Shown in pieces: positions 50,641 to 64,000 of a stretch of 64,000 bases of DNA. The notes beneath the pieces were generated by a model that searched no databases, was not told where the DNA came from, and saw only the letters and a program-made list of their open reading frames with translations. The stretch spans positions 52,080,001-52,144,000 of the forward strand of contig OX597821.1 of assembly GCA_951406725.2 (NCBI GenBank), in the 5' to 3' direction. The translations under genes were made by a program, and so were the position numbers. The number at the start of each line of letters is the position of its first letter. Positions within the stretch are counted from its first letter, which is position 1. Source of the stretch: Octopus vulgaris. Lineage: Eukaryota.

Positions 50641-51321
50641 TGGAGCAGATTATGGAAAACATCGAGAAAATTATTGATTTTCTTCAATTTCATTCCACCG
50701 TATTGTCAGATTATCTATACTGGCTGTAGGCATGCCTGATGGCCAATTGGAGGTTGTACGGAATACCGCCGTAGCTAGCAATTTAGACCTGGTACCTAAG
50801 TAAAATTTGAACTCAGAGTATAAAGAACTGGAACAGAAGGCACAAGACATCATCTCTCCCGAAGCAATAGCAATTCTGTCAATGAACTATCCTTCTATGA
50901 CACTATTTATTCCCAGCCTTGAAAATTTGTAAACCAACCAGTGAGATTTGAACTAAGAATGCAGTGAGATAGAACATACTGGAAGATATTCTAGCTAACA
51001 TTCTTACAGCTCTACAAATTCGCAGCATTTAAATTCTAGGTTGGAAGTTGTTGGTTTGAGGAGAAAGAAAATGATTTTCGCAAAAGTATAAACATTATTT
51101 AATGAATCAGTTAAAGTTATGCAAAATTAATGGGCTCGCTCTGTGATATTAAACGTTATTTAAAGATTCATTCATTTAGAATAATATTTTTTCCATTGGG
51201 TCTCTGATCTCTCGCTCTTTCCTTAATTTATAGATTATTATTCAGTTATACGAATTTATAATTAATGGTGCTCACCCAACGATACAAAGATTATTTAACG
51301 AATTATTGAGTGAAAATAATA

Positions 51322-52182
51322 CAGGGTGTCCGTGTTAAATTTGACAGTTTTCATAAAAGGAAAAGAAAAGATAATATTCCATTCAAAAATAAAAGTATTA
51401 AAAAAAGTTAAATATCAACTACATTATGGCTGGGAGATAAGAGTTTACTCAAAAATAGCCGCCCCCAACTTCCAACACAACCTTAAGACGGCTCCGGAAC
51501 GTGGCGCATGAGTTCCTCACGGTGTTCCTGGGAAGATCTTCAAACACCTTGATCTCGGCCATCAGTTCGGTCTTGGTGTTGCAGGCAAAGTGGTTGGTGT
51601 CTTCCTCAACCGCTCCCCACGCAGAGTAATGCATCGAATTACAATCGGGCGAATCTGGAGGCCAGAAATTGGGTTGGTGAAGTTATAGGAATTCTCCAAC
51701 CACTTCTTGATTCTTTCCGGAGGTGTGGCAAAGATCCGAATCATGCTTCCTAACATACGGCCTTCCAGCAGTAACCCTCTCCAGCCAGAGTTTCACCACA
51801 GTCTCTAGCTTCACATAGCCATCTACATTGAGCCTAGGGCCATGTCTTGTAATTATGGGATGAATTCCGGTGTGCAGATGCCCTACCGGCCACGAGTTCG
51901 TAGTCACCGTTACATGTCTTCCAGCCTTTACAGTGTTCATAGAGCACTGAGGAGCAGTCATGATGTCAGTATTTTGATACCCGGCGCAAATCATGAGACA
52001 GGTAACTCTTTTCCAATATTCAGATGACAAGGAGGATTGGTTTCCAATTCTCCGATTCAGCTAGCTTTTTCTCAAATACAACTATAATTCTTATGCTCTC
52101 CAACACCGTTGACTGTTCAACAGTACATGAAAATTTCTTAAAAGGGAAACATAAATATCGTCAAATTTAGCTCGGAACCATG
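51322..52182 (-). mobile_element. Internally deleted Tc1/mariner (maT/DD37D-like) element
   Basis: Imperfect TIRs CAGGGTGTCCGTGTTAAATTTGAC and CATGGTTCCGAGCTAAATTTGAC, each flanked by TA. Peptides RLNVDGYVKLETVVK.WLERV.AGRPYV..HDS..CHTS, FWPP.SPDCN.M.Y..WGAVE and FRSRLKVVLEVGGGYF. Confidence 0.82.
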
Positions 52183-53468
52183 TATAAATTTAATGGGTCT
52201 CAGTGAAAATCGTCCCACTATTAAATTAAATGGAACAGGCCTGGAGTTAGCGAGAAGACCTATATGTGTTCATTGGTTCTGAGTGTAATAAATCCACGCT
52301 TCCCTTAAATAACTTAAAATGGTTGGTAGAAAAGAATATGGCACATTAAATAACTTAGTTTGAGATACCATATATCATAAAATAAGACGAGGTGGTCACG
52401 GCTACACTTGCTTTGACAAAAATGTCTACTCAGTCAGAGTTGGTCTGTCTCTAAGACACAACAGTAATAACAAAAGCAGCAGTAGCTGCAGTAGTAGTAG
52501 TAACAGTAATATAAACGCAAAATATTTGATCATCTCATGTTTTTAGCTAGAATAGGTGGTTATGCAAGACAGAACAAGAGTAATTTTTCAGGAAATATCA
52601 AATAGAAACGACACCAGATATACACAAACACACTGATATATTCCTGTATTTTTCAACACAGATTTCACTTAAGCCTTTCAAACACTTCCTAATTGCATCG
52701 AAGCTACGAGTAATAGGTTAAATTGCTTTGTTGCAAATGGTGTGAAATAACATTTAAGTGAAAACCCCCCAGAGTGGTCAACATTTGTTCTTTCAGGTTA
52801 AGTATTCTAGCTTCGTTCATAAATCTAATATTACATTAAGAGAAACTATCAGACGAGACTAAATCAACAAAAATCCCACAATCAAGTGTTTTAGGTTATT
52901 TAGATGGAAATATCGGTTGCTGATTTGTAAAACATTTTTTTTTTATCTCAGGAAAATATGTTTATTTGTATCTCTAAAATGATTTATAACTAAAGAATTA
53001 CACGTTTTTCCTCGATATATTCTCTGATAGCTTTTACTTTCAGACACAATATCTATATATCAGAACGAATTTAGTTAGATGGCAGAATCATAAACCAACC
53101 ACAAACATACAAATATACTCAGATATACTCACACAAATATATATACACATATAAACACATAAACGAACATATAAATGTACACACACACACACACACACAC
53201 ACACATACTCGCATATGTACAAACAGATATATAAACATACATACACATAAAAGAATTTGGATAAAATTGCAATAGAAAACCTTTTTATTGGGACAATAAT
53301 TCAGAGCCAATGTTTAAGTGGATATTTGTGTTTTGATTCAGAAATTCTGTGTTTGAAATAAATGTTTTCAACTACGACAATAGGCAATACACACAGACAT
53401 ACATCTCAAAACAGAAGACTGAAACAATTGGGTATACATAGATTCATTTATACACACAAGAATTCATA

Positions 53469-53560
<92 letters not shown>

Positions 53561-54063
53561 CATATACATGATGCATACGTACAAAGAGACACATACATAC
53601 ATGCATGTATATGGCACGTTCAGACGTTTTAATAACAGTATGGAAAGTAAAGCAAATAGTAAAGTTTATGGTTAGAACAACACAGATGATCAAATTAACA
53701 CCAAGACCAGCTTAAGTGACCAAATTTATAATTAGAGCAATAGAAATAACCGGAATTTATAGATGGGCCAGCATAAATGGCCAGAATAATTTTCAGACGT
53801 AGGTAAATGATCTTATTCGAGTTTGAATAAGATAAGTAGTTAATTCGTAGTTAAATCAATAAAATTAATCAGGAGTCATAGTCAAACTTAAATAGCCCGA
53901 TCCATTGATAAACTGGTAGAATTAATCTGAATTCATAGCCAGTATGATTCGCATTTAGACTAATATTGGTATGCATACATACATACACTCACACACACGC
54001 CTTTCTGTATACATACATGCATGTATGAATATCATAATACTTAATTGCCCACATTCACATACA

Positions 54064-54123
<60 letters not shown>

Positions 54124-54314
54124 GCATGTATAATAACTGGATCGACATAAATGACAAGATTCATAATTAGAGAGTAACACAAAAGGCTAGCATCTTAGAA
54201 CAATTAAAATGACCGAGATTGCTAGTTAGGTCACCGTAGTTGGTCAGATACGTCCTGAAACGAAGACAAATGATGAACTTATCGAATAGCCAAAAACAAA
54301 AGAGAAGAATCATA

Positions 54315-54526
54315 TATTTTATCTTATTTCATTCATTAGACAGCGACCATGCCAGGACACCACCTAAGATAATTTTTAATGGAATGAATCGACTGCAATA
54401 CTTAGGTTTGTAAAAACCTGATACTTATTCTATTAGTCTGTTTTGCCGAACCGCTAGCTTACGGAAGACATGATTACAACAACGGTTGCCAAGCATTAGA
54501 TGAAGACAAACGCAAAAGCACGCACA

Positions 54527-54585
<59 letters not shown>

Positions 54586-54770
54586 GCGCGTGCACACACA
54601 CACACACACACAATATTCTTTCAGTTTTCGTCTAGCAAATCGATTTACAAGCCTTCGGTCGGTCCGCAGCTATTGTATAACATATTTGCCCAAGGAGCCA
54701 CGCAGTCAGTGGGATTGAATCCGGAGCAATGTGGTTGAGGTGCATCTTCTTATTACACTCCCACACCTGC
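54315..54770 (-). mobile_element. SINE family A, old copy
   Basis: Diverged match to family A including the internal (CA)n; another fragment follows at ~54780-54910. Confidence 0.7.
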
Positions 54771-56386
54771 ATCTATCTTTTATATTTTGCTTGTTTCATC
54801 CACTGGACTGCAACCATACTGGGACATCACTTTGAGGGGTTTAGTCGAACAAATCGACCTATGTACTTATTTTGAAGTCTGGTACTTATTCTATGTGTCC
54901 CTTTAGCCTAACTGCAATGAAATTCGCACACAGAACGCAGAGTCAAAATTGACCTACATTATTCCGTAGGTCGAAAAAAAAAATTAATGTACCAGCCGTG
55001 ACCGTGGTTGATTTAACCAACTATTCTTTCCCTTAATAACACGTTGCCTTGTGTCTGTCTAATGAGAATAATTAAATTATATACCTGCGACAGAAAGACG
55101 CTGGTGTGTTTTTTTTAATAGTTTAATATGCTAGTGTCTAACAAAATGTTTACAGAGTCTAATGAAATAAGATTTAAAGAAAATACTGTAAAACTAACGA
55201 CAGGATCAAATGCAAAAGAAAAACAAACTTAAAAACACTAACAAAACTAAAATCAACAAACTATAAAAAATGAAAAAGAAAACAGCGAATATTTACAGTC
55301 AATATAATCAATCTGATTTTATTGATTTCTGGACAAAATAAATGACGGTCGGTGAAGAAACTGATTGGAATTTAAATGATGATGTGGGGTCCAATTTTTA
55401 AAATAAAATGAGTCCGGATTTATCAACCAGTGAAGGATGTATAACATTTTGAAACACACGTTAATTATCACTTCTAGCCATTTAAGTATCATACTTATAT
55501 ATCATACATATACATATGTATATACACTATTGAAAGCATGATACTGTGGTTTACGGTAGAAAAAAAATTCTCACAGACGTAAAACACTCAAAACGAGACG
55601 AATCAAAATTGTTCTAAGTGTGATGCAAGATATATATTTCGAACTTTTTGGACTTTATCAATGACGTGTACGTACTGGCCACATGCCTTGACGAAATTTT
55701 CCCCTTTCAATATATAGGAAACAATTGAATTATACACTCACTGCTATTGTGAATAGCCACCAGGCTGAGCGAAAACCCAGTGTACGCAAATAAAAAAGGA
55801 TTAAATTTAAATCAATATTTATGTTCCATACTTAACATACTTACGAAGCAAACCACCGCAGCATGCCTTTTAACAGTGTATATCCAGTATGATACATTGA
55901 TAGCTATTTTATTCTAACACTGTCTGAATTGCGTACATCGGATTTTTATTCAACCCAGCAGTCTATTCGCAACAACAGTGAATGTATAATTCACTGTCTC
56001 CTATATAAGGAGGGACAAATTTCGTCCAGACACGTGACTAGTGGGTACTTATTATTGATATGGCCTGAAAAGGACGAAATGCTGCTGGCTTTCTTGTGAA
56101 TTACTGCTAAGGCAATTCCATTTCGCCTCGCTTCGGTATATACTGCGTTTCACACAATATATATCTATGAAGAGATTTTATCCATAGAATGGCCATAGCA
56201 TCATGGTTCTCAACAATGTCTATATATTGCATGGGATATATAGATGGCTTTTTTATTTGCTGCTCTTTCAGTCGCGTACACTAAATTTATACTGATGCAT
56301 CTCTCTCTCTCTCCCTCCCTTTGCATATAGGCATACATATACGTACATACAAACATATTGATATACATCTACACCTACCTACCTAC

Positions 56387-56481
<95 letters not shown>

Positions 56482-56717
56482 CCTACCTACCTACCTACCT
56501 ACCTATCTATCTGACGATTTACCTACCTATACATGTATAATTTCCAATACACAAAGACAGTGTTTCCAACATATATCCATATATCTTCGTTATCAAATAA
56601 CATTATTATATGTAAATGTGAAAAACAGAAGTAGAACAATACCAAATAACAGCTTTAGTTTTACTATATTACAGTTTCTTAAACTAGCTCTCTTCTACTT
56701 TCTGTATTAAGCTATAT

Positions 56718-57082
56718 GTGGAAGCACTCCGTCGGTTACGACGATGAGGATTCCGGTTGATCCGAATCAACCGAACAGCCTGCTCGTGAAATTAACGTGT
56801 AAGTGGCTGAGCACTCCACAGACACGTGCACCCTTAACGTAGTTCTCGGAGATATTCAGCGTGACACAGAGAGTGACAAGGCCGGCCCCTTGAAATACAA
56901 GTACAACAGAAACAGGAAGTAAGAGTGAGAGAAAGTTGTGGTGAAAGAGTACAGCAGGGATCACCCCCATCCCCTGCCGGAGCCTCGTGGAGCTTTTTAG
57001 GTGTTTTCGCTCAATAAACACTCACAACGCCCGGTCTGGGAATCGAAACCGCGATCCCATGACCGCGAGTCCACTGCCCTAC
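56718..57082 (-). mobile_element. SINE family B, tail type 1, with 12-bp TSD
   Basis: Near-identical to 22184-22566 but slightly 5'-truncated. TSD ATTAAGCTATAT at 56706-56717 and 57083-57094. Confidence 0.92.
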
Positions 57083-58282
57083 ATTAAGCTATATACATAC
57101 ATATGCACAGACACATACGTATGTATATATATATGAAGTTGCTTCAACTTAGTTTTAGTTACAAGGTAATTTTAAATAGCGGCAGAATAGTCAAATATTT
57201 TACTTGATGACTATCGATAAATCTTTTATCAGTATTTTCTAAATTAATCTGTTAATATTTAACAGGGAGAATTTATTAAACGTACACAGGCACACATACA
57301 TGCGTGCATACACGTAGAAAATTCAAATTAGTTTTATGCACAATCGCATACACAGAGACAGACGAGCAGACATACGAGCAAACAGACAGACGAGCAGACA
57401 TACGAGCAGACAGACAGATAGACAGACACAGACACACACACGTGTTTGTGTACGAATATATTTGTGGAAGTACCATTTTCAGCAGCTTCTTTCTTCCTAT
57501 CTGAACCTGCCTGTTTTGTTGTTTGGCCGTATCTGTGTTTCTGTCAGTCTGTCTGTCTGTCTGTCTGCCTCTCTCTCTCTCTCTATCAATGTGCGTGCAT
57601 ACGTAGGTATGTATATATCTGTCTCTCTCCATCCCCTATCTATCTGTCTGTCCCTCTCCCCCCTCTCCCTCTCTCTCTCTCCTCTTCCTCTCCCTCTCTT
57701 CATCTATATGTATGGAAGAGCCTGCTTCTGTATGATTTCGAAAATTTAGAATATATTTCATTTAAAACAACATGCTGAAAGACATTGTTAATAATTTAAA
57801 CCTGGAAATTTATGGTAAACAAATGTCAACAGGAAATCTCAGAAGAGGTAGATTATTCTTGCTTGACGTCAGTTCTTTCCGTTTATTATTCAGGCGCAAT
57901 TGTCTCATATTTCTACGCAGGTGTATTTATCTCATTTTTCTACACAAGTATAATTATCTCACTTTTGTAAAAGAGAGTCTTCATGTTGTCATAAATGTAA
58001 CAAAGTTCGGATCGATAGGAAAGTGTGTAGAGTGCAAAAACACGTAACATGTGCGTGCAATTGTAGGGGATGTGTGTATGAGTATGCGTATATGCGTATG
58101 TTTGTGTGCATGTGTGCTTTTGTATTTGCGTAGAGATTTAAATGTGTGAGTTCATATATATATATATAACACAAAAGAGATACCTAAAGAATAGGATATC
58201 TGACTCGCTAGAAAGAGCAGTTAAAACTCCAAGCCACCAATTGTTGTAATTCCGAAAGTGATTGGAAAATAAAAACTTTTAC

Positions 58283-58430
58283 CTTAATCCTAGACCCTGC
58301 AAGGTTTCTGCAGACTTAAATACAGATTGAAATAAAATAATTTCAGTCTATATCTGGTGCTGCTTCTTCAGTAGGTTGTCAGGACTGAACACATAGGCGC
58401 GGAGCGATAAATAACCCGCCACGTGTCTAT
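58283..58430 (-). promoter_or_regulatory. Candidate Pol II core promoter and non-coding first exon
   Basis: Locally CpG-rich, apparently non-repetitive sequence. The minus strand has CACGTG (58425-58420), TTATTTAT about 28 nt upstream of an Inr-like TCAGTC (+1 at 58386) and a donor-like AAG|GTAAAA at 58283. Confidence 0.3.
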
Positions 58431-58558
58431 AGGTTCTAGTTTTTCGAATCTACCGCGCAGAAGCGGAACTCAACCAGCACTAAAAAAATAAACAGCCGAT
58501 TTTAATTAATGATAAAAGATTTTAATCCTTGCTACCCTAAGATTTTAATTAATGATAA

Positions 58559-58602
<44 letters not shown>

Positions 58603-58854
58603 CACGCACACACGTGCACACATATATTTTGTAGCCCTCAATTTTGATTTCAAGCAGAACCATTTTCCCCATTGCAGACATTCGCCTGTTCCAGATTTGG
58701 TATCATTTCACATGATTACCTATGTTTGATTTTATTTTGAATTTTTCTTTATTTGTAAAAAAAAGTGTAGCACATAATTTGGCCAAGAAGGACATCACCC
58801 GTAGTTTCACTCTTACGCAGTTGTCCAAAATTGATTTTCAGCCCACCAGTAGAA

Positions 58855-59430
58855 GAACTGAGGATTAGTGATTGCTGGAGTTCTGCGCACTGATCTGCAG
58901 TGTTTCATAATACAAAGATCTGTTCGGTGTGTGATCTTCTTGCCCGGAACACTGCTGGCTCTTCCCTGAATTTTTCATCTTGCGCGTCTTTCAAACATTG
59001 TAGTAGGACTGATGTTGAATGCATTTTACCAATGGTGGGTGAGCACAATGCTCAAGATCATTTACAGAGACAGAGTCAAAAACTCTTAAGTCCTGAGAAG
59101 AGCCAATCTGCGCAGAATGCAGGAGGTTGTGGAAAATAATGAGACATGCAAGTAATGTTTCCTCAGAACCCTCTACTGTTCAGAGTTTCAATAGCATGCA
59201 ATTTTATTGTATCATGTTTTACTATTTGAAGGGCAATTCGAATTTTCTCAGCAGCAAAATGTTGCAAAGACAGGTGAGCAATTTTAATTTCTATCTGAGC
59301 AAATTCGTTTCTCCGGGTTAACAAAGCTAACTGAAGCTTTCTTAATTTTCAATATCATTTCGAAATCAAAAGATCCATCCTTGTACAAAGAGCTGCTAAA
59401 ATACACAAAACAATTCATTTCATCGAGTCT
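58855..59430 (-). pseudogene. Degraded RTE-clade LINE reverse transcriptase fragments
   Basis: LQCLKDAQDEKFREEPAVFRARRSHTEQIFVL*NTADQCAE (cf. LREEQAGFR.GRSC.EQIF.LR.IIEQC.E) and FVYFSSSLYKDGSFDFEMILKIKKASVSF (cf. F.YLGS....G....EI..RI.KA..AF). Confidence 0.7.
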
Positions 59431-59656
59431 TGTTGTACGTGTCTCTCTTGGAGGAAGTGTAAATAGCACCTTTTTTGAGGGTTATAGTAAGTTATTAACT
59501 TACGGGCACTAGAGAGGTGGCTCATTATTTTCTGTATAACTTGCTCCAAATAAGTTACAAATACATAATCGTCAGAAAACAACAAATCACAAAAAAAAGT
59601 TCGAAAGTGCATTTGAAACAAAACTAAAAGGTGTACTCGTTGTGCGTTAACAAAGA

Positions 59657-61063
<1,407 letters not shown>

Positions 61064-61215
61064 ATATATAATTGAAAAAATATAAACGTGGACGAGCTTT
61101 ATACTGTACTCTAATACGTTCTTAACAGAATATACCATAACTATATATATATACTCTTTATTAGTCACGGTTAGAAATATATGATATAATATAATATATG
61201 ATGATATAATATATA

Positions 61216-61925
61216 TCTTTATATATATAAAACTGAGAATGTGTGTCTGTCTGTCTGTGTGTTTCCCTAAAACTTGAGAACTACTCAACCAATTTCATTC
61301 AAATTTTACACATGTCTGACTTAGGGAAGTGTCATCGGCAAAAAAAAAAATTTGAACTTTTTGCCTAGGGCGAGCCCACAGCAATATCATATCTTCTCCA
61401 CTACGATTCCCTAAAACTTGAATACATACTTTGAACACATGGAGGAAAGCACCTTCGAAAAGTGTCTTCATGCGACTATGAAAGGTATCTAATCAAAGGC
61501 GGTAAATTCGTCACAATAGAAGCAAGGTTCGAGTCAACGGAGCGTGCAAGGGAGCACTCGACTCGAACTTGCAAACTGGAAATATTTTATTTTTACCTTT
61601 ATATCTGGGACGTAGGACGTCCCGGAAAAAAATTAAAAATCCCCCTCCCCAGAGGTAGAGGTAGGCTGGATTGTAGCCACACTTCTATACAAGAGGGAGG
61701 ACAAGATACAATTGATCGAAATTACTAGAGACGGGCTTACAATTCCAGTCTGTTATATATTTTGAGTATTGTTATCACTAGCGATATCAAGATATAACTT
61801 TGTATTTTGTATTTTATGTGTAGATGTATATATATAGATGTACATGTAATATGTACACATATATATACACATATATATACATGCACTAGCACTATGACCC
61901 GGCAACGACGGATCTTTAATGCTAG
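61216..61925 (+). mobile_element. Non-autonomous Helitron
   Basis: Starts A^TC (TCTTTATATATATAAAACTGAG..TGTCTGTCTG), has a subterminal hairpin CCCGGCAACGACGGA and ends CTAG^T. The 5' organisation resembles 320-695. Confidence 0.75.
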
Positions 61926-61940
61926 TATATATATATATGT

Positions 61941-62296
61941 CTTTCATATTTTATTTGTTTCAGTCATTAGACTGTGGTCATGCTGGGGCACTGCCTTGAA
62001 GAATTTTTAGTTGAATGAATCAACTCCAGTACTTTTTTAGGCCCGGTACTTATTCCGTCGATCTCTTTTACCGACCCGCTATGTTAAGGGGGCGTAAACA
62101 CACCAACGCTGTTTGTCAAGCACTGGTGAGGAACAAACACAGATGCAAAGATCACACACACACACACGCAGGCACACATATTTGCACGACAGCTTACTTC
62201 CAATTTCCGTCTGCTAAATTCACTCACAAGGCTTTGGTCGACCCGAGGCTAAAACACACAAAGTGCCACGCAGTAGAACAGAACCTGGAACCATGT
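61941..62296 (-). mobile_element. SINE family A, diverged
   Basis: TTTGTTTCAGTCATTAGACTGTGGTCATGCTGGGGCAC...CACAAGGCTTTGGTCGACCCGAGGCTA. Confidence 0.75.
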
Positions 62297-62370
62297 AGAT
62301 GGATTCGAAAACGTTTGTGTTATCAGGAAAAAAGCAGTACACAATAACATATTTCAATAGTTCTTGCAAA

Positions 62371-62808
62371 AGCTGTGAGCTGGCAGAATCGTTACTGCAC
62401 CGGGCAAAATGCTTAGCGGCATTTTGTTCGTCTCTACGTTCTGAGTTCAAATTCCCCCGAGGTCGACTTTGCCTTCTAGCCTTTCGAGGTCGATAAAATA
62501 AGTACCGGTTGAGTACCAGAGTCGATGTAAGCAACTTAGCCCTGAAACTGCTTGCTTCATACCAAAATTTGAAATCAATATTTCCCTTGCAAAGGCGCTG
62601 AGCTGGCAGAATCATTAGCACACCGGAAAAACGCTTAGCGACATTCCGTATAACTTGACCTTCTGAGTTCAAATTTCGCTGAGGTTGCCTTTACTGCTCA
62701 TCCTTTTGGGGTCGATAAAATAAAAACCAGTTGAACACGGGGTCGCTGTAATCGACTTACCCTTTTCCTGAAACTTCTGACCTTGTGCCAAAATTTGAAG
62801 GCAATATT
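62371..62808 (+). mobile_element. Two tandem SINE family C copies
   Basis: GAGCTGGCAGAATC.TTA..GCAC...TTCTGAGTTCAAATT...GGTCGATAAAATAA occurs twice (62371-62580 and 62592-62808), each preceded by CTTGCAAA. Confidence 0.85.
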
Positions 62809-63002
62809 CTTGTTCTTTCTAGTTCCATTGAAATATTGAAGTCTAACGAAATAATGATCAAATATATCAACCTACATCCATCGCTTTGAGCAATGAACTC
62901 TATCCTCCTAAAAAAGCCTTTCATAACGAAGTGAATTCGATTATTGTCTGTTTGTTGTTTGTCTCTTCTTTGAGATACTCCACAGTGCAGGGTTTTAAAA
63001 CT

Positions 63003-63146
63003 GGAACACAGTGCTATGACATTGAGCTAAAAGTCAGTGTAAGAGCTCAATGCTGAAATACAGTAGTGGAACACAATGCCAGGAAACAGTACCAAAATAT
63101 AGTATCGGAATTCAGCAGCAAAACACAATACTGGGATTCAGCGCCA
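63003..63146. repeat. Degenerate 13-bp-period minisatellite
   Basis: Consecutive units GAGCTCAATGCTG, AAATACAGTAGTG, GAACACAATGCCA, GGAAACAGTACCA, AAATATAGTATCG, GAATTCAGCAGCA, AAACACAATACTG and GGATTCAGCGCCA. Confidence 0.6.
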
Positions 63147-64000
63147 GATTGTTGGTCATCAAACGCTTATCGATTTAAATCTCCCCAACTCTTCTAAAAA
63201 TAAATGTTCAAACTATATTTCCTGCCTCCAATGCCATATTTGTTTTGGTTTTCGCCAAATTGAATCTAAATTATGAAGTTTGTTGAGGCGTTTATATAAT
63301 ACAAATCTAAAATTACATTTTTAACCTTTATTTGCTTCTCCCTAAAATTATTGAAGCCGGCAAAGTGTTTGATTATGAGATAACTCTAAATCAAAATGAC
63401 ATTTTTGTTTCTTTAACGAATTTGTAATTTTACATTTCATCGCAATTAACTTTGTAGTAGCGACCTTTGTTAGCGGACTGAAATGTTTTATGGATAAAAG
63501 CAAAATGTTTACACCATTCATCACAAAATATGTCATTAAAACAAAATATAAAATATTAAAAAATAGCAAATAATTTATTCCTAACCACAGAAACAATTCA
63601 TTAGAAAGTTATCGAAATAATAATTTTTTTCAACCAAATTTGTCTTCCAAAATATTATTTAACTGATATTTTTAACGATAACCATGAAATAAAAATGTAT
63701 AATTTAGTAACTGTTGGGGAAGATCGAGTGCTAATCCAATTATATATCGTCTACTCCTTTCTCCCCCATTCTTTCACTTGCCTCGCTTTGTTCCATTCAC
63801 TCTTTATTGCTTCCATGCTGTTACTTCCAACCTTACTTTTTCAAAAATTCTTTAATTCTCCACTTAATTTCGAAAATTTTATTCAGTTTCACAAACCAAA
63901 GGGATGAAAGAACAGGGAATTTTATTGATGGAGCGTTGGATTTTGAGATCTCTATACAAAGACAACTAATCCTCGCATCTAGATTCATTGACCCCAGGGA

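Overview
AT-rich, microsatellite-dense eukaryotic DNA that looks intronic or intergenic. The SINE families and the density of (TA)n/(CA)n/(ATCT)n tracts suggest an octopus-like cephalopod genome; this is an inference. No intact host protein-coding gene is supported, and most ORFs in the supplied track are microsatellite or SINE translations. The window is a mosaic of transposable elements: at least three tRNA-derived SINE families, a near-complete but disabled mariner, a mariner MITE, maT/DD37D-like copies, a Tigger/pogo 3' half, Chapaev3-like relics, two non-autonomous Helitrons, R4/Dong and RTE LINE fragments, and several Penelope-like (PLE) fragments. The most interesting signal is a set of about 10 minimal type I hammerhead-ribozyme motifs, mostly in short repeats that look PLE-derived. 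Two have a canonical core. Two repeat families, each seen twice, carry compensatory swaps of the core 3-8 base pair (U3-A8 and G3-C8). Two motifs sit in fold-back elements where only one arm keeps the catalytic core. One decayed tandem pair lies downstream of a tRNA-like Pol III promoter at a PLE terminus. All folds were read by eye and none has been tested.
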